Positions 1 to 12,179 of a stretch of 64,000 nt of DNA are shown here, one piece after another. The stretch is from positions 62,001 to 126,000 of the forward strand of contig JBLWGC010000173.1 in assembly GCA_048772705.1 (NCBI GenBank), given 5' to 3'. Made by a program: the position numbers and the translations under genes. Below the pieces are notes generated by a model. It made no database searches and was not told the origin of the DNA. It worked only from the letters and a program-made list of their open reading frames with translations. Origin of the DNA: Leidyana gryllorum EB-2025a (taxonomy: Eukaryota; Protista; Apicomplexa). Numbering within the stretch: position 1 is the stretch's first letter; each line of letters begins with the position of its first letter.

Positions 1-333
1 TTACGCACCGTCTGAGATGCGATGAAACTACCTGCAGGCGGTGAAAGTTTGACGATGAGACAGGTGTGTGTGCGTGTGTGTGGACTGACCTTGAGAGGCA
101 CGGGAGTCACAGGCGACCATGATGCCTTGAGCGAAGCGGAAGGCGAGCGTGGTCGTTCCCTTATCAAACTTGAGGAAGCGTTCGCGGTTCTGGGCCGGGA
201 CCGCATTCTTGATAAAAGACATGGGGTCGTGAGGAGCCAACATGAAGCGGAAGTCTTGTGTTCGAGAGGAGGGTGCCGCTAACTCGGTGATGCTATCCTC
301 CTCATGCTGGTCCCAGGCAGTCAGTACAGTCAT
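1..333 (-). CDS. PSMB5: Proteasome subunit beta type-5 (5' part; continues past the window edge)
   Basis: A propeptide is followed by KG|TTTLAFRFAQGIMVACDSRASQG. A GT-AG intron at 89-32 joins this to SFIASQTVR, the conserved beta5 N-terminus with the catalytic Thr1. Confidence 0.93.
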
Positions 334-451
334 TTCAAAGTGTTTGTGAAATTCGGCTCCTACAACCTCACACGTTTTTTGGAACCATGGTTAGGAAGGG
401 AAGGTAGAAAGGCGTAAAAAACGGAAATGGGTAGTGAGGGCTGGTGTGTCA

Positions 452-3400
452 ATGGGTAAGGCATGTACCAAGCACCAGCCGGCTACCTGCTGCGAACCCC
501 ACCAAGCAGCGCCGGATGGCCTGCTTCCCACACAACCTCTCGAGGTCCTCAAGATACCCAGTTCGAACTGCCTCGACGACAATGGCAAAGAACTGAGGCC
601 ACCACATTTGCTCAGGCCTGCGGTTTCCTCCCTGCCGCGTAGCTTCCAAGTGCGTCTAACCTCTATCACAATCTATCTGCGCGTAGTTCTTTGTAGTAGT
701 GCACGGCATCCGTCTCAAGCATATCAGTTATGATCCTCTCAGCCGTGATGTGTCGAGAAGGTCTGTTCTCAGAGGCCGCTCGTCTTCCAATGGATCCGGC
801 CTCCAGTACTTCTTCACCATTGACTGGGATGATGGCTTCCTCATGCGACGCACTACCGCTACGGTAAGCCCACACCTATGTGTGCTCTCACTAGATACGT
901 GTGTGATACAACAATGTTAGTGTGTGAGTCTGTCTCTGACTGCCTGTGTCTGTGAGATGAACATGCTCAATGTCGGGGGAGTCCTCACTTTTGTGGTGTG
1001 TGTGTGGGTGTGTGTGTGTGTGTGTGAGTGTGGGCAAGATCTCCTTGCACTGCTGTTGTATCCAACATGTGACTGCCACGATAATCCACGCCTCGGATCA
1101 TAGAAAGCGGAAGCCGGACAAGTATCGTTCAAGAACTCCTTCGCCTTTTTCTGGAGTGTTGATAGCTTACAGCGCCTGGCGGATTGCAAATTGAGCTTAC
1201 GACTGTACGCGTTTGAGAGTCACCGGACGCCTGAGCATCTGGGCAGAGTAAAGGTGAGCAGAGTCGCTGCTGCTGTGTCCCCACCAATAATCTTTGTCCA
1301 GCTTGACATCCTCAGTATAGCGACAGGGCCCGTCCACAACGACCTGCCAGTCATCTCGCATCGCGGCGCTCGAGGGTCGCAAGCGCAGGTTCAAGAAGTG
1401 ACGGATTACTCGGGTTTACGATCATTTGTTCGAGACGCAAGAGTACAATTCGATGTTCGAATGTCTCAGGTGTGCGAGTTGTTAGTGACCCCGGTAGAAG
1501 TAGTGGCTCATGTCGAAGCATCCCAATACAATCCTCCGCCGGTATTCAATCCCGCTGTTGTCCCGAGCTCGCCGGGTCCGCCTCCGCGCAGCAAGAGTGT
1601 AGCTGAGCTCGACCGGGTGCGAACCCCCCCCAGTCAACACCAGGAAGCCCCATCCACGCCCAAGCAGTCGGATATGCCGGTCCCCCCTGTCAACGAAACG
1701 GACGAGGACACACAGATAGAGCGTGCTGCTGCAGGTGGTCACTCCGCGGACGACGCGAAGAGGCCCATTCTGGCCAAATGGCAACTCGACTTTGTCCCCA
1801 CAGTGAGTTTGAGAGTGTGGCTTCGGCGTGTGTTAGTCTCCAATACTTCAGGGGGTGCCGAATCCGTCTTCATACGCCTCTAACTGGACTGAACTGTGAG
1901 TTTCTTCCCATATATTGTGAGTGTGTATGCCCCGATTTTGCAGCACCGCAACTCCATGTTGGTCGCTGTCTACTTCACATTCGGAATTGAATGAGACCCC
2001 CGCTTTATCCTCCACGGCGGCGGCGCTTCCTTCTCGAGAGGGATCTACAGGAGGGGTGACCGCAGGGCTCCTCTCCGGCAGCTCCCTGGGATCCAATTCG
2101 GGCTTAATGAATGCCAATGGTATCAATGTGCGGCGATCGCTCTCTCATGACGTGGCTGATATGCCGAATGTTCTCCGGGTCCGCGACGTCAAAAAACAGT
2201 CTCCCTGTCCTGAATTGGAATCTGTGTCGGAGCTGTCAGAGATGCGCACTGGACTGATGCCCTCCAACACGGCGTCATCCGGGCGCAACCGAACGGCCAA
2301 ACCCAGACTGCGACTCAGCCGTCTCGTCAAGAGCGAATTCCTCACCCCCTCCTCATTACCCGGTCACCAGATCTCGCCGCAACTCAGCTTGGATGGCGGA
2401 CCCATCCTCAAAGCGATCGATGACGTTAACACAATGGTCCCCAATTCATTAGCTTCTGAGATGCCTTCAGAGATGAGCTCACAACAACTGTATGTCAACG
2501 TGGCTGCTGCCGCCATGTCGGGCCTTCCCATGGCCCAGGTTCTGGAGCAGTCGCCTCTTCCTACCTGTCACGTGAGACTCTTTTCCTTTGATGACACCCA
2601 TCTTGGCCCCACAGTTGACAACCACTTCTGATACTTTGCGCCAGTATCACATTCATTTGCGACTCTGGGCGAGACCTCTCGGTGTGGGCCCGCCCAAGCT
2701 TTTCGGCGAAGCTTGGATACCCTTTTTCAAGGTGAGGAGTCTGGCTCTTCTTCCGATCGAATCTGCTCAGCTGTACGATGCTGACGTTGTTGACCCAGCG
2801 CATCAATACTTCTACGACGCCAACTTTTCGGAAACAATATGGCAGGATGGCCGCTCGGTCGGTCGCTTAGAAGGCCTTTTCGTCTTCCAGGTACGAGAAT
2901 GGCCAACCTCTGCCTGCTCTTCACATGATATCACCCACTATTCTTCTACAGAATAGCCCTCTCATCCGTCAAATGATGACTGGAGTCCAGACTGAGATAG
3001 GATTCAGCAGGATCGCCATGCCCATTCTGGGTAAGTGCTGTGTGTGAGAGTGTGTGTGTCCCATCCTGAGTGTTGATGATTTCTGTTTGGCCACAGGCGA
3101 GCTCACAGAATACGAATCTGTGCGCAGACACCTACCTCGTGAACTTCTGCAGCTCAGCAAACACCAAGAAAAGCTGACGGACAGCTTATTTATCCAGTCG
3201 GCCATGAAGGGAAGTCAGCTCGCGCGGAAGTCAATTGCCCACCTCAAATCACCTTCGGCTTTATACGAAGAGGTTGACCTGCAAAAGATCTGCGAATCGG
3301 TTCTCAAACTCCTGAGCGGTGGAGATCCTCTCAACACGAAAACAGCTTTCGTGTACCGAGATCTCTCAGGGCTGGTTACGGGCCAGCGAGTTCTTCTGGA

Positions 3401-6400
3401 GCTGGCCAAACATCTTCTCGACTCCATAGACTCTGTTCCGGTGAGTAAAACGCAACGCTCACTCAATCGCTGACCACAGTGGCATGTCCGGGGCATCTAC
3501 TGTTCTATATTGTCGGCGATCATGCGTCGAGGTGAACTCGACATGGGGAATTTGTTGCCACGGATCCCGGAATGCGGTGAGACTCTTGTTGCGCGACCAG
3601 CAGTGGGCAAAGGTTCCCAATCTCAACAGCGGAACGATTCCCAGACATTGAGCTGCGAACGCTGACTCGACTGGCGAGGCGATCAGAGCGGGAAATCACA
3701 GCTCAGACACGATCTCAGTGAGCAGACTTTCAGTGATCGGCAACCACTTCGACTTTCACAGCGTCCAAACTGGGAATGGTGTGGATGAGGAATTTCCGAG
3801 TCCCACATCAGTGAAGAGTCCTATGAAGAGACTGAATGTGTTCGCAAAACTTCGCAGTCGACCAACTCGTGTGCGTTTGCGCATTAGTCGCCCCAGTTTG
3901 ACTAAAGAATTGAGTCGAGAAATGTCACACCTGCCGTTGAGTTCGTTATCTTCTCGGAGCACCGACACCCAAGACTTAGACGGGCTTGCCGAAGAAGCAT
4001 CTGTTACTTCCACTCCCGTTCAGAGAGCAGGAAGCAATTCGATGATAAGTCGTGAAGGTTCGCCAGAGGAAGGCTTGTCTTGGAAAGCTTCGCCCTATCT
4101 GGATGAAACGGTTTCTCTAAGCCCTGAAGAAGTTCAGGATCTCATAATCTACCATAAACGCATGAAGGTGAGTCCGATCATGAACTGACACACACACTTC
4201 CTCCCCCCGGCGTGCGTGTCTCTGTGCTTGTGACCAACAGCGTGTTGTAGGTTGCCAAGTTATATATTGTCACGTTGCTGCGACTTCAACACTATAGTCT
4301 CGGCCGCATATGCAGTGAGGCGCTGTTCGAGTCGCAGCGCCGACATGTTTGTCTATTTCTAGCACTACTGTTCATAAGGTTGCCCAACGTAAGACCTTGT
4401 TGTACTGGCAGTCAGTATATGGACGGACACCCATTGCAGTTCCGCGACCAGTTTCTTAGTCATGTACTAACCGCCGAAGAACGGGCAGCTATCGTACCAG
4501 GATGGCGTGAGCACGAATTCGCTCTCACTCACCAAAGCTTGGATGAACATGATCGCTGGTCTAAAAGAGCGTTTCCCGGCTTGTATGAGCTGCAGATCGC
4601 ATTCGACTGGGGGCCACTTCATTTGGCAGTGCAGGTGAGTTTCGTTTCATCCTTGACGAGTCGTATTGATGTAATTGTCAGGAGTACTTTGGAAGTGCAC
4701 CCAAGTACCACTTGGACGAAGCGCAGATTAGTTCCGTGGAGGGCTGGGAAACCAAGTTGTGTAGACCACGAGGGATTCTGTTCTTCAGTTTCTTGGAGAA
4801 CTGGGCTCGAGTCATCTGGCATACCGTTCAAAGTCAACGGAGAGCCCCTGGAGACACTAGCAGATCCTCCTCGACCACCAGCTCTACGGTAGTCTCAATT
4901 CGGTGGGATCTTTTGCCTGGTTACGCAACTCTACTGAAAGCTTTCCTAATTGAAATGCGCACGCGACCGGTTACGAAGGTGAGTTGAATCCGCCAAAAGC
5001 TTCGTCGTCCCAACCCTTCCTTCTCCTCACACTCAGTACCCTGACGCACTGTTGAACTGCTCTGGAGCTCTTCTGGCTAACGATAAGCTCCTGTCGGTCT
5101 TCTTCCGTATCGTATTGTCGCGCACTTCGGTCTTCTCGCGTGACCAGGTTTTTGCCGTGTTTAACTATCTAGATTTCTGGCTTGAAGTGAGCTCTCCTGA
5201 ATTCGGGAATGCTAAGGACTCTTCTCTTTCTTTCATTCACCTCAGGTACTCTCTGTAATGGGTCGCTCAATCGGCCCAACTTTCGACTATCGATTCCTAG
5301 GCAAAGCAATCGACACTGTTCTAACCTCTGATCTTGCATTACAAACATCCAAGGCTATGTGGTTCATCTATAAACGATTGGATCAAGTGGCATCTGGCAG
5401 ACTGCTACCAAGTCTCATCGATGTCCTCGTATACAGACGATTCCATGAGTGAGTTTTATTGAACCATGTCTGGCCAACTGAGCAGATCAATCAATCGATT
5501 TATTTATTCTCATTCACACTTCCCTGTTGCAGTCTCTTCCTCAATTGGTCTTGGTTGGTTCGTAAGTGCTTCTATGCAATCATATTGTACAGAGTCTGTG
5601 GTAAGTCTTCCTCCCTCCCAACCCGCAAAACTGCTCTCCTTTTTATCCGACAGAGGCCGCCCGGCGCATAGTTTCTCAACATGGCTGCGACAACCGCTCT
5701 TGCGATCGACCTAAACAGACCGTCTCAACCGAAGATCGTTTGGTGAGCTCCAGGAGGCGTACCCCCTATTGATACCAACCTTTCCGCTACACAGTATTGT
5801 TGGGCCTACATCTTGCTGGTTCGCAATCTGAAAGAACTCAATTTGCCTCCCGTCTTCCCGGCCAAATTCTCCGAATACCACATACGCCATATTCTCCATG
5901 TCTCTGAGGATCCTCTCGCTTCTCCATGCATTGACAACCCTGGCACCCCTTCCTTCCTCATCTGGGGCATCCCGCGAGTCCTCCCAGCTACCTCTGGCAG
6001 AAACACGCCCGAGCCACAAACCACAAACGCCGAAGCTTCTCCAGCCCCCAAAGTACGCACCCCTAAAGCAACAGCTCAGCCGTCCATCAACGTCGACACA
6101 CGCGTCACCTTCGTCAATCAAAACTCTAGTGGTTCTCGTGCCCCTCCCGATACATCCACCGCACCCAGAAGCGCGTGGACCTACCGACAGGGACTCAGAC
6201 GCCTAAGACGTCGACGCAGCATTCGTGAACGCGAAAGGTCCGGTGATGAAGAGTCGTTGTACCTCAGCGTCCATTCTACAAACACGGAACGGACGCCACA
6301 TGCTAGAGAACAAGATTTTCTATCCCCGGATGATGACCGGCCTGACAGTGCAATGACACTTTACAGCGATCCCACCCTCTTCCTTCCTCCTGCGGTACAT

Positions 6401-6663
6401 ATGGAGAAACGCCACAAACCGTATATCAAGGCTGCTACACGAGAGTTCGAGCGGGTAAGTCTTTGTGCTAAGAACCGCCCTTGATTTTCATCTGTAAAGG
6501 AATTGAGCTCTTACAAGATATGGGTCATTTCAAGGAGTCATGAGGTACGCAACGTCAAAAATCACTGTCTTCATAATCTATTCTTTCTCACTAGGTTCCG
6601 CCAATGCACATCCCTGCCTCGCCACTGGACACAAATGTAGATGTACCTCTTGATGATGACTAG
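452..6663 (+). CDS. Large multi-exon C2-domain / DUF1765-type protein
   Basis: The spliced model starts MGKACT. C2-like segments: FAFFWSVD..LSLRLYAFE..LGRVKLDILSIATGPVHND and HLRLWARP..LFGEAWIPF. The C-terminal LFLNWSWLVRKCFYAIILYR resembles DUF1765. The model has many GT-AG introns and ends VPLDDD-TAG. Confidence 0.65.
992..1032. repeat. Imperfect (TG)n microsatellite in the long intron 863-1102
   Basis: tgtggtgtgtgtgtgggtgtgtgtgtgtgtgtgtgagtgtg seen directly. Confidence 0.9.
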
Positions 6664-6668
6664 GATCT

Positions 6669-7037
6669 TCAGCCGAGCTGCTGAGTAGGGAAAAGGGGTC
6701 TTCGCACCACCGTTCGCAGCGCATCCGCTGCTCCAAGCATACCAGCTCCCAAATAGGTGTTACCAACGTGTCCTTTGAGAGTTTCAGCTGCTTTGGTCAA
6801 GCCTTCGAGGTTGCTTTGTACCACACGGTTGTTCAGAGCTCTTCGTGCCTCCCAATTGCCAAGAAGATGACCCGCTGACTTGCCTGCAAGACGGTGGGTC
6901 GCATCAGCCAGTTGATATGGTACAGAGTGATGAGGTTCGTGACCGGTCAGAGTGGAGTACACACGGTCTGCCGCTTCCATGATGCTTCCAGCTGCGACAT
7001 ATCCTAATAGAATAAATAGTGAAATATACCAGGGCAT
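6669..7037 (-). CDS. Small secreted hypothetical protein (122 aa, intronless)
   Basis: Starts at ATG 7037 with a signal-peptide-like MPWYISLFILLGYVAA. The body is Ala/Gly/His-rich. The stop lies 5 nt from the stop of the convergent gene. Confidence 0.7.
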   Translation of the reverse strand: MPWYISLFILLGYVAAGSIMEAADRVYSTLTGHEPHHSVPYQLADATHRLAGKSAGHLLGNWEARRALNNRVVQSNLEGLTKAAETLKGHVGNTYLGAGMLGAADALRTVVRRPLFPTQQLG

Positions 7038-7060
7038 GGCCGCGCGTCTCGGGAGAAGCA

Positions 7061-7070
7061 CACACGTGTG
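7061..7070. promoter_or_regulatory. CACACGTGTG palindrome, candidate cis-element
   Basis: Perfect 10-bp palindrome 24 nt upstream of the secreted-protein ATG at 7037. It recurs at 10961 and 34953. Confidence 0.5.
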
Positions 7071-7174
7071 GTCACATATCAGAAGAGCCTAAGTTAGCGA
7101 AGTGTTCAATATGTCCGAAAAGCCAGTTAGGCTACCACTGCCCTATTGAAAAGCTTTTTCGACTCCATCTTTCG

Positions 7175-9515
7175 ATGTCTGGGGGGGATGCAACACCTGC
7201 CGGCCTCCATGTAATCTTTGGTAGCCGCACACGGCGTGGCTTGAACCACGCGAATGAGGACAGGCATGCTGTGGCCGTATGGAAAGACTGGCACACGGAC
7301 GCCCACATACGACAGTCAGAGGACCCCGAAGCCGAGTTACCAGAAGAAGAAATCCCGCAGCCGCAAGTCATAGCTCCATTGTGCGTTGGAAGTGCCAGAA
7401 AAGATACCACGGTGTCTGGCTCGGGAGCTACTGGGACAGTTCAGGACCCCTTCAATCCCAAAACATGGGAAGGCTCCGGAACGCCGCGGGGTGACCAACA
7501 TAGAAGTGACGAGCAACCGGCTTATCTGTGGACAGTTTGCGATGGACATGATGGTCCAGAAGCCGCAAACTATGTATGCAAGAAGGTCGGCGACTCCTTT
7601 TCTCGGATATGGCACTCCCCCACCTCGGGCAACTTGCCTCCCAACCTACTTCAAGGTCGTAAGGTAGGGCCCGGCGAGGAGGGGGAAATATATGCACGCG
7701 GCTATGCGTTGTCGAACGCACTAGCCCGGACTTTCGAGTCTCTGGATGCGTCTTTTAGAAGCGTGGTTACGGATTCTCGGAATCAGTTGGAAGGCTGTAC
7801 AGCCGGGTCGGTGAGTGCCCAGCTTCTCCAATGTAAGATTTATGTCTTGCCAGTGTGTCACTTCAATCTTTCTAACCGGGAACTTGATGTGCTGCGCGGG
7901 TCTAGGAGGTGAGTGATTCTCTAGAAGCTTGCTTCACCGGTTCGCAGATTGTAAAGCTGCAATTCTCACTTTGGAGGAGGCAGACCCTCCGCTCCCAGGA
8001 AAGGTTGGCGAAGGGGATGATAGCCGCTCCAGTTCGAAGGCGACTCAACAATTCCAAGTGACTTGGTTCTCCAAAGAACACAGGTCATCTTCACCAAAGG
8101 AAAAGGCTAGAATACGATCTCGCGGAGGTGAGGAACTCGCTTCGGTTCGCCAAATACTCAATCGTTAGGTTGGTTCCGTCATGGGCGTGTGGGCGGAGTT
8201 CTCGAACCAACGCGAAGTAAGCACGGATGATTGTGCCGCTGACTGATTTCCGATTTCCAATCCGTAGCTATCGGCGATTTTGACGTGAAGTCATCTCAAC
8301 CACCTGGGGTGGTCATAGCCACACCTGAAGTGCGTACGTTTTCAGTCACCAAGCCCGCTCTCGTGCTGGTGGCATCAGATGGTGAGACAGACAATGCACT
8401 GCTTGGGCATGGTGCCGTTTAATCACAGGTGTCTGGGATGTGATGGATGCTTCTCAATTGCTGCGTACCCTCAAGAAACGCCGACGTTTATGGTATGTTG
8501 CTGTACACTCACACTGTTCGACAACGAGTTTCAGGCGTGGTATACTCTCTTGGCTGGGAGCACCCATCCCTGAGCGCCGTTCTTTTGTTAACTTCGGCTT
8601 CAGACGCCGTGCTAAGTCCAAAGAAGGTCTCGAATCAATGCTGCAAATGCCCACAGGGGGTGACTTGTGCGCCATGGCAGATACTCTTGTAACACGAGTG
8701 AGTTGCGAATTGCAAATGTGGGAGTATTGAGTTCTTTACTTGTGCAGGCTCACGACTTGGGCTCGGATGACGATTGCACTTGTGTCTGCATATATCTTCG
8801 CCCAGCTGCGGTCACCCGACCTGTCGACTCTTCCCTAAAGCGAGGAGTCGATGCGACGCCTGAAGACATGGACTTAACCAATACTGGAGAAGCCGATCAA
8901 GATTACAATGTTGGGCCCTCTAATGTCCCCGACGATGAAGATGACGACGATGAAGATGATGTTGAGGAGGACCTTGACGAAGACGATGAGGAAAACGACA
9001 AGGAACCCCCCTATAGTCCCAGCGCGGACAGCTACAGCGAGTATGAAAAATGGCGCAACCCGTCATTGGCGGACGACGAGGAAGTCGGAGGGGAGAACGA
9101 GGAGGATGTCGAGGCGCAACAAGCTGGTCTTCGTGATGATGACGGGGCGGTTGGTTGGGACCTCTCCACAGCCACTTTCCCTGTCTCTCTGGTGGCCACG
9201 AGTCAAGGAATGGAAACTTTGTTCCCATCATCAACAGTGGATGTTCAGGATGCACCAGAGGTTATCGAGAAGGCCCGAAAGCGTCGTGAAGAGCGTCGAG
9301 CAGCACGAGAACGCAGGAAGAAGAGCCTCGAGGACAGAGCATTGCTTGCTAGACAACAAGCGGCCGCTGAGACTCTAAGCGCTGACCACCCTCACCAACA
9401 CTACGCCTCCCCACCTCCATTGCCTACTCCGCCGCCTCCACCCGCTGAGCAGGGCGGTGACTATCAATATAGCGGTACAGACGAGAATCCGCCGAAGCAC
9501 ACCGATCACGCATGA
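7175..9515 (+). CDS. Protein phosphatase 2C (PPM family) with acidic C-terminal tail
   Basis: Motifs found across canonical introns: NEDR, VCDGHDG, GLGDC, GRVGGVLEPTRTIGDFDVK, LVASDGVWD and GSDDDCT. Confidence 0.92.
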
Positions 9516-9528
9516 CAAGAAGTACGCA

Positions 9529-10948
9529 TCATGAAGGAGGCTGCATACTCAGTACGGGATTTCCTGAGATCCGGATAGTATTGAGAAGAACAAGAAGAAC
9601 GACTCACCGTCAGCACCCCGTGTTACCCATACATCAACAGATGAATTGTTTCTTTTCTTGGCCGATGCGCGCGATTGCTCATTTCCCGAGAGGTCTTTCT
9701 GCTTCTTTGTCGCCATCGAGGCAGCGCCATCTTCACTTCCTATCTCATCAGTTGTTGTTTCATCCAAATTTGATTGCTCTTTTGCTGCATCATCATTGCC
9801 CGTCTCTGCTTCTGATTCTGCTGCCGTGGTCTCCTCGTCTTCAGTGACCTCGCTGGCTTCTCCGCCCCCATCAGTGTCTATGCTGGTCTCCGCGTCTTGC
9901 AGAATAACAGATTGTGCCGTCGGCAGACGACTGTATAATTTATGATGGAGGCAGAACCTGAGCAACTCTGAATTCCCGAACACTTAGGGCTGTCTCACCA
10001 GGACTCTATCAATGCTACCATCCAGCTGTCTCTATCCTCTGTAGTCAGTGCACACAAGGGCTGTTCAGCGCCAAGGAAGGTGAATTGAAAGCCTAAGTTG
10101 TAGACTCTGAAGTGGGCGGGTCTGGCGCGCCAAAAGCTTACATGTCGGGGCGTACTGAACCGGGTACAGAGGAAGTTCTATAGCTGCCACTGGCCATGTG
10201 TTCACAGGTTCCTGAACTCTCGATTCTGATACTGATCCTGATCCTTGAGCTCACTTTGTCTGAAACGATTTGCAGCGTTCCGTTGATCAGTTGTCCTTCG
10301 ATTTCTGGATTGTCGAAGTTAGCAGATAGGACATCATCCACAAGCGGAACATAGTAGAGAGGTCCAATCTACATACAGTGGTTTGTGCAGCCCTGCAGCC
10401 AACGACTCACCTTCTTGTACTCCTCACATCGACCCTCACCAGGCACTCCTAGCAAGCGCAACTGGATCAATCGATCTATCGTTGTCAATGTGCCTTCAGT
10501 CGTGGAGTCTAAAGCACTCACTGTTGAGGGTTCGAACTTCGTGATCATAGACCAATCCCCGCATTCTGTTGGCACAAGCTGCCTTCTTGGAAACTTCCCA
10601 TGGTTGATCAATTCCTTCAACAACTTCACAATCTTTCATTTGTTGCAGCATCTCGATGGGAATTTGCTGTTCAGCCCCGACTGAGAGGAAGTAGAATGGA
10701 CCTTTCGTTATCAACACACCTGAACTAAGGAGAAGTTTCCGAGCGTTCCGTCTGCTGCGTCGTAATTGCGATCCTATGTCTTCTTCTAGGATATGTAAGG
10801 CCGAGTTTCCTGATTCAGCTTCGTCCACGGGGTCTGCTCCCTCTTGTGCGGCTGTCAATTCCTCGTAAGGCGACATGCGGTGTTTCTCATTTTCACTTTG
10901 AAGCATCAGACACCAAGTGATCTCCAAAAAGAAGACACTCCACAACAT
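9529..10948 (-). CDS. Secreted Cys-containing PH-domain protein (crystalloid PH-like), paralogue 1
   Basis: Signal-like N-terminus MLWSVFFLEITWC. The spliced core reads CEEYKKIGPL..IELPLYPVQYAPTCFQFTFLGAEQPLCALTTEDRDSWMVALIESWFCLHHK and is followed by an acidic tail. The 3' end is ambiguous (9529 or 9506). Confidence 0.65.
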
Positions 10949-10960
10949 TGGGCTCAATCG

Positions 10961-10970
10961 CACACGTGTG
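10961..10970. promoter_or_regulatory. CACACGTGTG palindrome centred in the ~33-nt bidirectional gap between the two PH genes
   Basis: Lies 12 nt from ATG 10948 (-) and 11 nt from ATG 10982 (+). Confidence 0.55.
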
Positions 10971-10981
10971 TGCTGGCATGA

Positions 10982-12175
10982 ATGTGGTGGACCGGCAGGT
11001 ACTGCCTGGCAGGAATAGCCATACAACGGTATGTCTCTGGCCTGCAGCATGAAAGAGCCACAGTATTGGACACAGTGGGTATGTGTGCGCTGGAGAATGA
11101 CATTGTTATTATCGGTTGATAGGTCTCGAGGGAAACTGGTTCGAGGCTCCCTATCGAGAAGATGTGGCAGTTGATCACGGTCCGCTGGGAGGATTAGGGC
11201 ACCGGCTCAACAAAGGATTACCCGCACTTGCTCCTCAGTGTGAGGTTGGTCACGAAGGGCAGCTGCTGTGGCTTAAAAACCCCGACGACCTCATGGACCG
11301 ACCGCTCGTCAATCTCACTTTGGATGCTTTTCACGTCACCATGCTCGCGGAAGGTACATAGTTCACCGGTTGATGTATTACTTCGTCTACAGATTCTCAT
11401 CGAGAGGAGCACAAGTTGTGGCAGCTTCTGATGTAAGTGTTCTACCTTGTGGGCCCATGCGACCGCTTGTACAGGCCTATCCACACTCCACAGAGCCTGC
11501 AAAGATGTAAGACAAGATACAGTGACCTTATACCCGAGCTTCAGGCTTTGAGCTGCGTTTTGCCGAGCCACGGAAGCTGCTATTATGCGGCGCCACTCTA
11601 CAAGATAGAGCGTGAGATGAGTACTTCTAGATTTCAGTTGTTTGCACACCAGGGACTGGATTATGGCATTAAACAAAGCTGTGAGCACATTTCCGAGCAC
11701 ATTAGGTATATTAGAATATTCAGATATACTGCTTGAACAGCGGCCGGCACGAAACCGTATTAAATCTTGCAGAAGGTTCGGAGGTTTCCCTTCCTAAATA
11801 CTCTACGAAGGAGAACAGGTCAGTCTATAACGAAACTAGTTGGGCAACGATAGCTTGCAGATGGAGTGACTCCGTTGCCGAGCAAGAGGAGGAAGCTCGA
11901 CAGAAGGCAGAAGAAGAAGCCGAGGAGATGGCTAAGCTTGAAATAAATCAAGCGGATGAGGAGGAAGAGAAAGAAGGTGGTGTGGCTAACGCCCAGCATA
12001 AAGACCACAGCGAAGATCTTGTTGCCGAGGCGGGCAGCGACCATCACGAAATCAAGATTGAAGGGCTTGAGAAGGGTGAGTCTCAGAAGATTGGTGTCAG
12101 TAGAATTCCTCCGCAGAATCACCGCTCATCATTATTGATGGCGAGAAGGTCATACATGACCATACGATTATTTGA
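10982..12175 (+). CDS. Secreted Cys-containing PH-domain protein (crystalloid PH-like), paralogue 2
   Basis: MWWTGRYCLAGIAIQRYVSG|LQ is a weak signal peptide; an alternative start at ATG 10978 needs an intron. The spliced core reads CEVGHEGQL..LLMPIHTPQSLQRCFELRFAEPRKLLLCGATLQDRADWIMALNKAIYCLNSG and is followed by a Glu-rich tail. Ends at TGA 12175. Confidence 0.65.
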
Positions 12176-12179
12176 CCCA

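Noticed and set aside
863-1102. Possible intronic snoRNA in the 240-nt intron
   Set aside because: There is no convincing C/D or H/ACA box arrangement, and TG-rich simple repeats explain the length.
9506-9515. Near-palindromic overlap (tcacgcatga) in which PP2C and the minus-strand PH gene would both end His-Ala-stop
   Set aside because: This depends on the distal acceptor at 9541. The proximal acceptor at 9564 gives a typical 44-nt intron and a stop at 9529 with no overlap.
11218-11700. 160-aa minus-strand ORF
   Set aside because: It is the antisense shadow of the spliced plus-strand PH gene.
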